Below, piece after piece: positions 9,560-19,878 of a stretch of DNA of 64,000 bases (the stretch's first letter is position 1; the number at the start of each line of letters is the position of its first letter). The notes under the pieces were generated by a model, which made no database searches, was not told where the DNA came from, and saw only the letters and a list, made by a program, of their open reading frames with translations. Location: NCBI GenBank assembly GCA_041394025.1, contig JAWKJA010000002.1:1272021-1336020 (forward strand). The letters run 5' to 3'. A program made the translations under genes and the position numbers. Source of the DNA: Acidimicrobiia bacterium (GTDB taxonomy: Bacteria > Actinomycetota > Acidimicrobiia > IMCC26256 > JAOSJL01).

Positions 9560-11395
9560 TCAGCCGTCGAGCACCTCGTCGTCGACGATGAAGCCCCGGC
9601 CCTCACACACCTCGCAGGTGTGGGAGAACGACTCGACCAGGCCCTCGGAGATGCGCTTCCGGGTCATCTCGACGAGGCCCAGGTCGCTGATCGGGAAGGC
9701 CTGGGTCCGGGTCTTGTCGCGCGCCAGGGCCTCGTCGAGGCGCTCCTGCACCTTCTGACGGTTCGACGTGCTCTCCATGTCGATGAAGTCGATCACGATG
9801 ATCCCGCCGATGTCGCGAAGGCGGAGCTGGCGCGCGACCTCATCGGCCGCCTCGAGGTTGTTCTCGAACACCGTCTGCTCGAGGTTCTTCTTCCCGACGT
9901 TCTTGCCGGTGTTGACGTCGATGACCGTGAGGGCCTCGGTCCGTTCGATGATCAGCGAGCCCCCCGACGGCAGCCAGACCTTGCGGTCGAGTGCCTTGTG
10001 GAGCTGTTCGTGCACGTGGTGCCGTTCGAACACCGGAAGGCTCTCGTCGTCGTAGTACTCGACACGGTCGGCCAGCTCGGGCGTGATGGCGGCCACGTAG
10101 TCGCGCACCTGCTCGTAGAGCTCGCGGTCGTCGATCACGACACCCCGGTATTCGCGGGTGAACTCCTCACGGATGATCCGTAGCGCCAGCGACGGCTCCT
10201 GGTAGACCAACCGGGGCGGCTTGGCCCCCTTGGCGAGCTTCTGGATCTCGGCCCACTGGGCCCGGAGCCGCTCCACGTCGCGACGCAGCTCGTCGGGACT
10301 GGCACCTTCGGCCGCGGTTCGTACGATCAGCCCGGCGTCATCGGGTCGGACCTTGTCGAGCACGCGTCGAAGCCGCTTGCGTTCCTCGTCGGGCAGACGC
10401 TTGGAGATGCCGTAGGTGTCGCGTTGGCCGGGGACCATCACGACGAAGCGGCCGGCGAGGCTGACGTCCTGGGTGAGCCGCGCTCCCTTGTGACCGATCG
10501 GGTTCTTGACGGCCTGGACGAGAACCGTCTGGCCGTTCTTGAGGAGCTTCTCGATCTTGGTGTTCCGGCCCTTCCCCTGATCGTCGACGTCGGAGCGGTA
10601 GATGACGCCGTTCTTGGGCGTGCCGAAGTCGACGAAGGCCGCCTCCATGCCCGGCAGGACGTTCTGCACGCGGCCGAGGTAGATGTTGCCGTCGATGGAC
10701 ATGGCGGCGTCCTCGGGGCGGGACACGTAGTGCTCGACGAGGTTGCGGCCCTCCTGCACGGCGATGTGGGTCGTGCCGTCGTCGCCGACGTGCACGCAGA
10801 GGAAGTAGCGTCCCGCCGGACGGCCCTTGCGGGTACGCCCCTTTCGCCGCCTCAGGACCGCGTCGTCGAGATCCTCGAGGTCGTCGAGGTCGCTGTCGTG
10901 GTCGACACCCAGATCTGCGGTGACGACCCGCCCACCGCCTCGCGCCGAGTCCTTCGCCGGGCCGCGGCCACCACCGTTCTGCTTCTCCTGGCTCTGGCCC
11001 TTCTGGCCCCCACGCCCACGGCCGCGACCGCCCCGTCGCCGGCGCCGGCTGCGCGACGAGCCACCATCGTTGCCGCCTCCGCTGCCGCTGCGGTTGTCGC
11101 CACCGCCGTCGGCGGCCCGACCGGAGTCCTTGCCGTCTCCGCTGCTGTCGCCACCCTTCGGCCGGCGTGGGCCGGGAGGAGGTGGCGGGGCCGGCCGCGT
11201 GTCACCGATCTTGGGCTTGATCGACAGCCCCGCGTCGTCGGCCGCCTGTGCCGTGACGTCGTCGGCGGTCAGCCCGCGGTCGGCGGCCGGGTCACTCCAG
11301 TCGCGCGTTGTCTCACTGTCGTCGGACCGACGTGCGTCGGCCTGATCGGCGGTGTCGGGAGCCGCGCGGCCCCCGCTCGTTGTGTCGTCGGACAT
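9560..11395 (-). CDS. rne: ribonuclease E/G family endoribonuclease with a disordered N-terminal extension
   Basis: 611 aa. The first approximately 185 aa are R/G/S/D-rich. An S1-like segment and the RNase E/G catalytic core follow (...GGIIVIDFIDM... and CEVCEGRG near the C-terminus). Confidence 0.88.
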   Translation of the reverse strand: MSDDTTSGGRAAPDTADQADARRSDDSETTRDWSDPAADRGLTADDVTAQAADDAGLSIKPKIGDTRPAPPPPPGPRRPKGGDSSGDGKDSGRAADGGGDNRSGSGGGNDGGSSRSRRRRRGGRGRGRGGQKGQSQEKQNGGGRGPAKDSARGGGRVVTADLGVDHDSDLDDLEDLDDAVLRRRKGRTRKGRPAGRYFLCVHVGDDGTTHIAVQEGRNLVEHYVSRPEDAAMSIDGNIYLGRVQNVLPGMEAAFVDFGTPKNGVIYRSDVDDQGKGRNTKIEKLLKNGQTVLVQAVKNPIGHKGARLTQDVSLAGRFVVMVPGQRDTYGISKRLPDEERKRLRRVLDKVRPDDAGLIVRTAAEGASPDELRRDVERLRAQWAEIQKLAKGAKPPRLVYQEPSLALRIIREEFTREYRGVVIDDRELYEQVRDYVAAITPELADRVEYYDDESLPVFERHHVHEQLHKALDRKVWLPSGGSLIIERTEALTVIDVNTGKNVGKKNLEQTVFENNLEAADEVARQLRLRDIGGIIVIDFIDMESTSNRQKVQERLDEALARDKTRTQAFPISDLGLVEMTRKRISEGLVESFSHTCEVCEGRGFIVDDEVLDG

Positions 11396-11407
11396 TCGAT
11401 CCTTCTC

Positions 11408-12127
11408 TCATGATGCGCACGCCGCCTCGGCGTGCGGGCGCGTGTCGGCCTCCAGCGGCTCCAGCCGCGAGCCGTCACGCTCGATCCACTGTCTCGTTCT
11501 TCGCACCCGACCAGCCTGCCAGCCGGGGCCGAGCTCGTCGGTGACCTCGCCGGGTCGGGGCCCGGAGCTCCCGGTGGCCAGTGCCATGGCGAGGACATTG
11601 CCGGCAACGTCGAGGTCCAGCACCCCTGCCCGCAGGTCGGCCTCACGTTCCTTACCCTTTCGAACGCGTACGACGGACACGAAGTCGCGCGCCAGGAAGC
11701 GCTCCGCCGCATTCCTGAGCTCTGCGGGCGTCACGCTGCTCCAGTCGGCGTCGACGACCTCGAGCGCATAGTCGACACGCGTGATGCTCTCCTGGAGCGC
11801 CGGCGCGTGTTCGACCAGGGTCTCCGCCCCCGTGATCTCCATGCCCTCGGGCAAGGCCGCCGACAGGGACTCTCCGACCTCTCCCGGCTCGACGGTCTCG
11901 GCAAATGCCACGTCGAGGTACTCCGCGTCGCTCTCGGCACCGACCGGCAGTGCCAGGCCGAAGCTCATCTTCGGCCGCGGCGAGAAACCCTCGGTGAACG
12001 CCACAGGAAGCCGCCCGACGCGTACCGCCCGGTCGAACGCCCGTGCCACGTCGCGATGGGAGATGAAGCGCACCTTTCCGCGCTTGGTGAAGCGGAAGCG
12101 TACGGGCTGCCCGACGCCGCCCCTCAC
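11408..12127 (-). CDS. radical-SAM-linked protein (TIGR03936 / DUF2344-like)
   Basis: C-terminal 239 aa of the spurious 1161-aa track ORF: VRFRFTKRGKVRFISHRDVARAFDRAVRVGRLPVAFTEGFSPRPKMSF. The GTG at 12127 overlaps the upstream stop (GTGA). Confidence 0.8.
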   Translation of the reverse strand: MRGGVGQPVRFRFTKRGKVRFISHRDVARAFDRAVRVGRLPVAFTEGFSPRPKMSFGLALPVGAESDAEYLDVAFAETVEPGEVGESLSAALPEGMEITGAETLVEHAPALQESITRVDYALEVVDADWSSVTPAELRNAAERFLARDFVSVVRVRKGKEREADLRAGVLDLDVAGNVLAMALATGSSGPRPGEVTDELGPGWQAGRVRRTRQWIERDGSRLEPLEADTRPHAEAACAS

Positions 12128-14121
12128 GACGTTGCCCCGACCTCTGCCGCCCCGACGTCGGCCGCCACGAGCTCCGCCGCGGGGACCTGCACCGCCGCTG
12201 CGATCGTCGGGCCGAACGCGACCGGAACGCCATCGAGGTCCTGTCCGGTCCCCTGACTGCCACCCGCCGGCGGGACGGGTGACGCCACGACGTGCTCCAG
12301 CCCGTACTCGGTGCAGGCACCGCAGTCGTAGCACGGGGTCCACCGGCAGTCGGGCGCCCCGTGGGCGGCCAGTGCCGCCTGCCAGTCCTGCCAGAGGAAG
12401 TCGCGGTGCAGCCCTGCGTGGATGTGGTCCCACGGCTGGATCTCGTCCTCGCCACGGTGTCGGGTGACATACCAGTCGGGGTCGAGCCCTTCCGCTGCCA
12501 TGGCGTCGAGCCACGGGCCGAGCGAGAAGTGCTCGCTCCACTCCTGGAACGTCCCCCCGGAGCGCCACACTCGCTCGATCACGGGGCCGAGACGCCGGTC
12601 GCCCCGCGACGCGAGACCCTCGGCGAAACTCGCCTCCGGGTCGTGCCACCGGACCTTGGCGTTCGTGCCCCGCAACTCGCCGCGCACGAGGTCGATCTTG
12701 CGGCGAAGCTCGTCGACACCGTTCTGGCCGAACCACTGGAACGGCGTCTGGGCTTTCGGGACGAACCCGCCGAGTGACACGGTGCAGGACGCCTGCTTCG
12801 TGTGTGTACGACCGGTCTCGACGACGTTGCGCGCAAGCTCGGCGATCCCGAGTGTGTCGTCGTCCATCTCGGTGGGCAGCCCCGTGAGGAAGTACAGCTT
12901 CACGCGTCGCCACCCCTGCGAGTAGGCCCCGTCGACCGCTGCGTAGAGATCGTCGTCCGAGACGAGCTTGTTGATGACCTGGCGGATCCGCCAACTCCCC
13001 CCCTCGGGGGCGAAGGTGAGCCCGGTACGACGGACCTTCTGGATCTGGCTCGCGATCCCGACGGTGAAGGCGTCGACCCGCAGTGACGGCAGCGACAGCC
13101 CGACGTTCCCGCACCCCTCCTGGTTGTCGACGAGGTCGGCGACGAGCCCGTCGATGCCGGAGAAGTCGGCACTGGAGAGCGAGGTGAGCGCCACCTCGTC
13201 GTAGCCCGTGCGGCGCAGGCCGTCCTCCACCATCGTGCGCACCTGGTCGGCCGGGCGTTCCCGCACGGGTCGCGTGATCATCCCGGCCTGGCAGAAGCGG
13301 CACCCTCGGGTGCACCCGCGGAAGACCTCGACGTTGAGGCGGTCGTGCACCACCTCGATGAGCGGCACCAACTGGTTGCGTGGGTACGGCCAGTCGGCGA
13401 GGTCGGCGATCGTGCGCTTCTCGACGAGCTCGGGGATCTCGGGAAAGCGGGGGCTCACGCCTGCGATCGCCGCACCGTCGTACTCGACGTCGTACATCGA
13501 CGGCGCGTAGACGCCCGGAATCGTGGCGAGATCGCGCAGCACAGCCCCGCGGTCCGCCCGACCGCCGCGCTTCCACGCTCCCACGACCTCGGTGACCTCC
13601 CCCACCGCCTCCTCGCCGTCGCCGATCACGAACACATCGACGAAGTCGGCCAACGGCTCGGGATTGAACGTGCAGTGGCCGCCGGCCATGACGAGCGGGT
13701 CCTCGGGACGGCGCTGCGACGCCCGCACGGGTATGCCGGACAGGTCGAGGCACTCGAGGAGGTTCGTGTAGACGAGCTCCGCCGACACGTTGAAGGCGAC
13801 GATGTCGAAGCCGACGGCGGCGATGTGCTGGTCGACCGAGAAGAACGGCACGCCCTCGGCCCGCATCAGGGCCGCCATGTCGGTCCACGGCGCGTAGGAG
13901 CGCTCGGCGGAGGCGTCGTCGCGTTCGTTCAGGATCTCGTAGAGGATCTGGAGCCCCTGGTTGGGCAGGCCCACTTCGTAGGTGTCGGGATAGACGAGCA
14001 GCCAGGAAACGTCGAGCGGGCGGTGCGCCGGGGTGAGGCTGCCCTGCTCCATTCCGATGTAGCGAGCGGGCTTCTGGACCCTGGCCAGGAGCGGTTCGAT
14101 CCGCGGCCAGAGGTTCTCCAT
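12124..14121 (-). CDS. uncharacterised radical SAM protein (TIGR03960-like)
   Basis: 665 aa, MENLWPRIEPLLARVQKPARYIGMEQ.... Contains a Cys motif, FRGCTRGCRFCQAG. Confidence 0.85.
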   Translation of the reverse strand: MENLWPRIEPLLARVQKPARYIGMEQGSLTPAHRPLDVSWLLVYPDTYEVGLPNQGLQILYEILNERDDASAERSYAPWTDMAALMRAEGVPFFSVDQHIAAVGFDIVAFNVSAELVYTNLLECLDLSGIPVRASQRRPEDPLVMAGGHCTFNPEPLADFVDVFVIGDGEEAVGEVTEVVGAWKRGGRADRGAVLRDLATIPGVYAPSMYDVEYDGAAIAGVSPRFPEIPELVEKRTIADLADWPYPRNQLVPLIEVVHDRLNVEVFRGCTRGCRFCQAGMITRPVRERPADQVRTMVEDGLRRTGYDEVALTSLSSADFSGIDGLVADLVDNQEGCGNVGLSLPSLRVDAFTVGIASQIQKVRRTGLTFAPEGGSWRIRQVINKLVSDDDLYAAVDGAYSQGWRRVKLYFLTGLPTEMDDDTLGIAELARNVVETGRTHTKQASCTVSLGGFVPKAQTPFQWFGQNGVDELRRKIDLVRGELRGTNAKVRWHDPEASFAEGLASRGDRRLGPVIERVWRSGGTFQEWSEHFSLGPWLDAMAAEGLDPDWYVTRHRGEDEIQPWDHIHAGLHRDFLWQDWQAALAAHGAPDCRWTPCYDCGACTEYGLEHVVASPVPPAGGSQGTGQDLDGVPVAFGPTIAAAVQVPAAELVAADVGAAEVGATS

Positions 14122-14205
14122 GTGTCCTCAGCCTACCGCCCGCCACCCGACACCCGCGAAAGACCGTGGCGATGCCGTATCGGACGGCAGAGACGGCGGG
14201 ACGGG

Positions 14206-15363
14206 TCAGGAGAAACGGCGCATGTGCACGTTGGCCACGAGCCCGACGAGGGCGAACGCCACGATGGTCGACGACCCGCCGTGGCTCATGAAGGGCAGCG
14301 GGATACCCGTGACCGGCATGATTCCCATGGTCATCCCGACGCTCTGGAAGATCTGGAACGCGAACATCGAAAGGACACCGATACAACACAACTGGCCGAA
14401 GAGGTCGCGCGAGAGCTGGGCGGCGCGCCACATCCGCCACACGAGTACCGCGAACAGGGCCAGGAGGGTCGCACCACCGACGAAGCCGAGTTCCTCGGCG
14501 ACGACCGTGAAGATGAAGTCGGTGTGCTGCTCGGGTACGAAGTCGAGCTTGGTCTGCGTCCCCTCGAAGAGTCCTTGACCGGCGATCCCGCCGGCCCCGA
14601 TCGCCGTCTTCGACTGGTCGACGTTGTAGGTGTTCTCCGTGGCATCGCCCTGGTTGAGGAAACCGGTGAGACGGTCGACCTGGTAGTCCTGGATGACACC
14701 CGCCCGCGAGGCGATGAACACCAGCGTGGCTCCGAGCGCGAGCAGGACGAAGAGGTGGCGCGCCTTCACCCCCGCGGCCGTGAGCATCCCGAGGACGATG
14801 ACCCCGAGGACCATCGCCGTTCCGATGTCCGGTTGGAGCAGAACGAGACCGATCGGGACGGCCGCCAGGCCGACCGCCACGGCGAGGCGCCACGCGTCGA
14901 GATCACCCCGGTGCTGGTGCAGGTACGCGGCGAGAGCGACGATCAGGAAGAACTTGGCGAACTCCGCCGGCTGGAGCTGGAACGAGCCGAGCTGAATCCA
15001 GGCCTGGGACCCACGCGAGTTGGAGCCCAACGGCGACAGTACGGCGAGGAGGCCCCCGACAGCCACCCCATAGAACAACGGCGCGTAGTCGCGCATCCTG
15101 CGGTAGTCGACCGCCAGCACGGTGGCCATCGCCCCGCACCCGAGGCCGACGAAAAGGGCCTGACGCTTCAGGAAGTGGTACGGGTCCCCTCCCTCGACCT
15201 CGAGTGAGTTGCGCGTGGCGCTGTAGACCATGAGCAGTCCGAGAGCTGCGATCGCGATCGTGGCTCCCACGAAAACGAGATCGAGATGACGCAGCGGCGA
15301 GGCCTCGAGTCGGTCGCGACGGCGCGATTGCAGAGCCGGTGTCGGAGTGGCGGTCGCCGTCAT
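14206..15363 (-). CDS. rodA: rod shape-determining protein RodA (SEDS family)
   Basis: 385-aa polytopic membrane protein of the FtsW/RodA/SpoVE type, ending ...GGSSTIVAFALVGLVANVHMRR. ATGA overlap with the PBP2 stop. Confidence 0.9.
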   Translation of the reverse strand: MTATATPTPALQSRRRDRLEASPLRHLDLVFVGATIAIAALGLLMVYSATRNSLEVEGGDPYHFLKRQALFVGLGCGAMATVLAVDYRRMRDYAPLFYGVAVGGLLAVLSPLGSNSRGSQAWIQLGSFQLQPAEFAKFFLIVALAAYLHQHRGDLDAWRLAVAVGLAAVPIGLVLLQPDIGTAMVLGVIVLGMLTAAGVKARHLFVLLALGATLVFIASRAGVIQDYQVDRLTGFLNQGDATENTYNVDQSKTAIGAGGIAGQGLFEGTQTKLDFVPEQHTDFIFTVVAEELGFVGGATLLALFAVLVWRMWRAAQLSRDLFGQLCCIGVLSMFAFQIFQSVGMTMGIMPVTGIPLPFMSHGGSSTIVAFALVGLVANVHMRRFS

Positions 15364-17357
15364 TCGACGGCACCCGGCTGAGCACCGACGGCCGGCCCGT
15401 CCTCGTCGGGCGCGACCCCGGCCAGGGCGTCCATGACCGAGCGCACGATCGGGGCCGCCACGTCGGAGCCGAAGCCGGCCTCCTCGATCACGGCGGCCAC
15501 CACGTACTGCGGCTGCCCCTCGGGCGCCACGGCCGGCCAGACACCGACGAACAGCGACGTGTCCTGCTTGCCGGCGACCTCGGCGGTTCCCGTCTTCCCG
15601 CCGACGTTCTCCTTGTCGGGGAACCCGTCGAAGACGCCGTTCGCCGTTCCCTCGCCGCTGTTGACCACGCCGATCATCCCCGAGACGATGGCTTCCTTCC
15701 AGGCCGGCATGATCTCGTTGGTGCGGATCACGGTGCTCTCGCTCACGCGGCTGACGCTGCCGTCGGGCTCCAGGATCTCGGAGACGAGCTTCGGCTGGTA
15801 GAGGGTTCCCCCGTTCACGAAGGTGGCGTACGCGTTGGCCAGTTGGAGCGGTGTGGCGAGGAAGTCGCCCTGGCCGACCGACAGGTTGACGTTGTCACCC
15901 GGGAACCATGTGCAGCGGTCCTGCTCCTCCTGGTCCTTGGGCTCGTCACAGTCCTCGACACCGGTCTCCTCGGCGAACTGCCTCTTCCACTCCGGGTCGG
16001 GAACGCGTCCGACCTGCTCGTCGGGGAGCGCGATGCCGGAAGCCTCCTCGAACCCGAAGCGTCGTGCCTCGGTCTGGATGGCCGTGTTCTCGGGCTCGGG
16101 CCTGCTCCGGAGCTCCCCGCCGATCTGGTAGAAGTACACGTCGCTCGACACGGTGAACGCGCGCGTGAGGTTCACAGCCCCGTATGCGTTCTCGGCGCCC
16201 TCCCGACCGCCGGCGTTGCGGAACGACCGGTCACCGATCACGTAGACACCGCCGTCGGCGATCGTCGTCTCGGGGGTCCGGACACCGGTTTCCAGGGCGG
16301 CCAGGCCCGAGATCAGCTTGAACGTCGAGCCCGTCGCGTACTGGCCCTGGATGGCCCGGTTCGTGAGCGGGAACGCGCTCTCCTCCGCGTTGTAGAACTC
16401 GAAGCGCTCCGGGTCGATGCCACCCACGAACTCGGCCGGGTTGTACGACGGGTACGACGCCATCGCCACGACGGAACCGTCGCGTGCGTCGAGGACCACC
16501 ACGGATCCGGCCTCGGCGTTGAAGGTCTGGAAGCTGAGTACCTCGTTGGTGTCCTGGCGCTCGGCGGCGGCGTCGAGGCCCTGTGAGAGCGCCGCCTCGG
16601 CCGCACGCTGGATGTCGAGGTCGATCGTGAGCTCGACGTCCTTGCCCGGCTCACCCTCACGAAGGTCGAGTGTGTCGACCACGTTGCGGTCGGCGTCGAC
16701 CTCCAGGGTCTCGCGTCGCGGCGTGCCGCGCAGATCAGGCTCGAAGGTGAGCTCCACGCCGGCCTTGCCGATGTTTTCGCCGAGCTCGTACTCGTCGCCC
16801 GAGCCGGCTCGCAGCTCGAGCTCGTCCTCGTTGATCTCACCGACGTAACCGAGGACGTGTGCGGCGGCGTAGCCTTCGGGGTACTCACGGATCGGGAGTT
16901 GCACGGCGTCGACGCCGGGGAAGTCCTCACTGTGCTCGCGGATGTACAGGAGGGCGTCCTTGTCCACCGTTCCCGCCGGCACGTCGATGGCAACCGCGAT
17001 GGGCTGGAGCGGGGAGTTGCGCTCGTCGTCGAAGCGTTCCTCGATCGACTCCCGCTCCACGCGGAGGAGCTCCGCCAGACGGGAGATGCTGAGCTCCCGG
17101 TCCGCGGCGGAGATGCCGGGGTCCATCACGATGGCCGACGCCTCACGGTTCGTGACGAGCGGCGTGCCGTTCCGGTCGAGGATCCGCCCTCGGGGGGCCT
17201 CGGTCTGGACGACCTCCGTCCGGTTCGTCTCCGCGACGGTGGCCGCCTCCTCCCCCGAGCCGACCTGGAGGAACCACAGCCGCACGAAGAGCGCGCTGAA
17301 GAGGGCGACGACGAGGATCCCGATCAGGGACAGGCGGAACCTGTTGCCTTCACTCAT
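15360..17357 (-). CDS. mrdA: penicillin-binding protein 2 (class B transpeptidase)
   Basis: 665 aa with an N-terminal TM helix. SxxK motif (ATGSTFK), SxN-like motif and KTGT motif (GGKTGTAE). Located in the mre operon. Confidence 0.9.
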   Translation of the reverse strand: MSEGNRFRLSLIGILVVALFSALFVRLWFLQVGSGEEAATVAETNRTEVVQTEAPRGRILDRNGTPLVTNREASAIVMDPGISAADRELSISRLAELLRVERESIEERFDDERNSPLQPIAVAIDVPAGTVDKDALLYIREHSEDFPGVDAVQLPIREYPEGYAAAHVLGYVGEINEDELELRAGSGDEYELGENIGKAGVELTFEPDLRGTPRRETLEVDADRNVVDTLDLREGEPGKDVELTIDLDIQRAAEAALSQGLDAAAERQDTNEVLSFQTFNAEAGSVVVLDARDGSVVAMASYPSYNPAEFVGGIDPERFEFYNAEESAFPLTNRAIQGQYATGSTFKLISGLAALETGVRTPETTIADGGVYVIGDRSFRNAGGREGAENAYGAVNLTRAFTVSSDVYFYQIGGELRSRPEPENTAIQTEARRFGFEEASGIALPDEQVGRVPDPEWKRQFAEETGVEDCDEPKDQEEQDRCTWFPGDNVNLSVGQGDFLATPLQLANAYATFVNGGTLYQPKLVSEILEPDGSVSRVSESTVIRTNEIMPAWKEAIVSGMIGVVNSGEGTANGVFDGFPDKENVGGKTGTAEVAGKQDTSLFVGVWPAVAPEGQPQYVVAAVIEEAGFGSDVAAPIVRSVMDALAGVAPDEDGPAVGAQPGAVE

Positions 17358-17465
17358 GCGCGTCGAACCATGGTCGCAGTGATGCCCGCGGAGGTCGGGG
17401 TCGGGGCTGGGGCCGACACAGGGAGAGCGTCGGCGCCACGCCGGGAGTTCCCGGCCGAGGGCAGA

Positions 17466-17975
17466 TCACCGGGCCCTCCAGGTGCCGGCGTGGGTCGGAT
17501 CGGAGTCGGCCCACGTGGCGAACGGGAACACGAGCGGTGAGAGGACGGCGTCGTAGAGCGCCGACACGAACACGATCGTGAGTGACCGTGCGGTCATCAG
17601 CTGGTCCTGGCCGGCCAGTATGCCGACCGTCACGTAGATGGCACCACCGAGGAGACCGGCCATCCCGCCGATGAGGGGTGTGATCCACACCGACGCCCGG
17701 ATGAGGCCCGACTCGACGAGGCCGACCACGTAGCCGGTGATCGAGTAGGCCAGCGCCGACAGGCCGAGCGGTGTCTCCAGGAACAGGTCGACCGCCAGGC
17801 CGGCCGCGAAGCCGAAGAGGAGGCCGCTCTCGGGGCCCGACCGGTAGCCGAGGGCGGCGGTCGCGACGAGCGCCACCCAGGGTGCGGCGTCCACGACGGC
17901 GAAGCGCGGGAAGACCGCCACCTGGAGAAGGACCGTCACCACGAGGAGTACGACGAGTCGGAGTTGGCGGGCCAT
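17466..17975 (-). CDS. mreD: rod shape-determining protein MreD
   Basis: 169-aa hydrophobic protein located between mreC and PBP2. Confidence 0.75.
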   Translation of the reverse strand: MARQLRLVVLLVVTVLLQVAVFPRFAVVDAAPWVALVATAALGYRSGPESGLLFGFAAGLAVDLFLETPLGLSALAYSITGYVVGLVESGLIRASVWITPLIGGMAGLLGGAIYVTVGILAGQDQLMTARSLTIVFVSALYDAVLSPLVFPFATWADSDPTHAGTWRAR

Positions 17976-17988
17976 CAGCGTCCGCGCC

Positions 17989-18816
17989 TCACGGCGCCGG
18001 CCAGATCAGGACCGTGGCCACCTCGACCTCGGCCAGGTCGACGATCGGCTCGAGCCGGATGTTCTGTTGGACCTCCCCGGGCTGTTGCGCCGCCTCCGAC
18101 ACGGACCCGACGGGGATACCCGGTGGAAAGCGGCTCATCTCGCCGAGTGTGACGGCGATCTCGCCCTCCCCCACATCGGCCTCGGGATCGACGAAGTCGA
18201 CACGCAGCGTCCCGCGACCGGTCTGACCCGTGGCCGACCCGGTCTGTTCGCCGATCCGGACGCTCACCCCCGACGACTCGTCGGTGATGAGCAGAACCTT
18301 GCTGGAGTTGCGCGACGCCAGGACGACGCGGCCCACGAGACCCTCTCCCGCCACGACGGGCATGCCCTCGGCGATTCCCGCCGAGGTCCCCTTGTTGAGC
18401 GTGATCGTCTGCTCGAAGCTGTTGGGTGCTCGCGCGATCACCTCCGCTGTGACCCCGTCGAGGTCGCCCGCGAACGGAAGCTCGAGCTGACGGCGCAGCT
18501 CCTGGTTCTCGTTGAGAGCTCCCTCCGCTCGCGCCAGGAGTGCTTCGAGCTCCTCCACCTCGGCGCGCAGCTGGTCACGCTCGCGGGTGATGTCACCCGA
18601 ATCGAAGACACCCTCCGCCCAGTCGCTCACGGGGCTCGCCACGTCGTCGACCGCGGACTGGACCGGGGAGGCCAGGTCGAGAGCGAGGCGCCGCGCCGAG
18701 TCGAAGACGCCCGAGCCCTGGCCGCGCTGGTCGAGCGTGATGAGGGTGACGGCGCTCAGGACCACGAGGGCCAGGAGGTAGCGTCGACTCCCCGGTCCTC
18801 CCTGAGCAACGGCCAC
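17989..18816 (-). CDS. mreC: rod shape-determining protein MreC
   Basis: 275 aa with an N-terminal TM helix, a coiled-coil segment (LRAEVEELEALLARAEGALNENQELRRQLE) and a beta-rich C-terminus. Follows mreB. Confidence 0.85.
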   Translation of the reverse strand: MAVAQGGPGSRRYLLALVVLSAVTLITLDQRGQGSGVFDSARRLALDLASPVQSAVDDVASPVSDWAEGVFDSGDITRERDQLRAEVEELEALLARAEGALNENQELRRQLELPFAGDLDGVTAEVIARAPNSFEQTITLNKGTSAGIAEGMPVVAGEGLVGRVVLASRNSSKVLLITDESSGVSVRIGEQTGSATGQTGRGTLRVDFVDPEADVGEGEIAVTLGEMSRFPPGIPVGSVSEAAQQPGEVQQNIRLEPIVDLAEVEVATVLIWPAP

Positions 18817-18840
18817 GTGCCCGGCGCCTTCCCGGGACGG

Positions 18841-19878
18841 TTACGCCGACTGCGACGAGATCAGGACCTGCTTGAGAGCGTCGAACTCCTCGAGGCACTG
18901 CCCCGACCCGATCACGACCGAGTCGAGCGGCGAGTGGGCCAGGATGATCGACATGCCCGTCTCCGAGGCGAGCCGGGCGTCGAGGCCGAGCAGCAGGCTT
19001 CCTCCGCCCGTGATGACGATGCCCTTCTCCATGATGTCGGCGGCGAGCTCGGGAGGGGTCTTGTCGAGCGTGACCTTGACGGCGTCGACGATCTGGGCGA
19101 CGGGCTCCTCGACCGCCTCCCGGATCTCTGCGGTCGACACCACGATGGTCTTCGGGAGCCCGGTGACGAGGTCGCGCCCACGGATCTCGGCGTAGAGCTC
19201 CTTCTCGAGCGGGTAGGCGCTCCCCATCTCGACCTTGATCTCCTCGGCCGTCCGCTCGCCGAGCGCCAGGGAGTACTCGCGCTTGACGAACGAGATGATC
19301 GCCTCGTCGAGCTCGTCGCCCCCGATACGGATCGACTCGCTCGCGACGATCCCGCCGAGTGAGATGACGGCGACCTCTGTCGTGCCGCCCCCGATGTCGA
19401 CGATCATGTTCCCGGCCGGCTCGTGGACGGGGAGCCCGGCGCCGATGGCCGCGGCCATCGGCTCCTCGATGATGAACGCCGGCTTGCGCGCTCCTGCGTA
19501 CTCCGCCGCCTCCTGCACCGCGCGCTGCTCGACACCGGTGATCCCCGACGGGACACAGATGACCATCCGCGGTTTCGCCCACCGCCGGTTGTGCACGCGC
19601 TCGATGAAGTAGCGGAGCATCTTCTCGCAGATGTCGAAGTCGGCAATGACGCCGTCGCGCAGGGGCCTCGTGGCGGTGATGTGGCCCGGTGTGCGCCCGA
19701 TCATCTGCTTGGCCTCGGATCCGACGGCGAGCGCCCGACCGTCACGCGCGTCGACGGCCACGACCGATGGCTCGTTCAGGACGATGCCGCGGCCGCGGAC
19801 GTAGACGAGGGTGTTGGCGGTTCCGAGGTCGACGGCCATGTCACGGCCGACGATCGTGGAGTACCAGGGCTCGCTCAC
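18841..19878 (-). CDS. mreB: rod shape-determining protein MreB (actin-like ATPase)
   Basis: 345 aa, [29 protein letters not shown]... and [16 protein letters not shown] motifs. Confidence 0.96.
   Translation of the reverse strand: MSEPWYSTIVGRDMAVDLGTANTLVYVRGRGIVLNEPSVVAVDARDGRALAVGSEAKQMIGRTPGHITATRPLRDGVIADFDICEKMLRYFIERVHNRRWAKPRMVICVPSGITGVEQRAVQEAAEYAGARKPAFIIEEPMAAAIGAGLPVHEPAGNMIVDIGGGTTEVAVISLGGIVASESIRIGGDELDEAIISFVKREYSLALGERTAEEIKVEMGSAYPLEKELYAEIRGRDLVTGLPKTIVVSTAEIREAVEEPVAQIVDAVKVTLDKTPPELAADIMEKGIVITGGGSLLLGLDARLASETGMSIILAHSPLDSVVIGSGQCLEEFDALKQVLISSQSA

Noticed and set aside
11408-14893. 1161-aa ORF, and similar giants at 6126..8024, 21704..24895, 25107..28121, 38626..40644 and 60830..63316 upstream of 62008
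   Set aside because: They are Arg/Pro/Gly/Ala-rich translations that lie antisense or out of frame to clearly recognisable genes (radical SAM, proB/obg, valS, clpX/clpP/tig, GH4). Long stop-free frames of this kind are a typical high-GC artefact. Only the C-terminal parts of 11408..14893 and 60830..63316 are real genes (the TIGR03936-like and FIST proteins).
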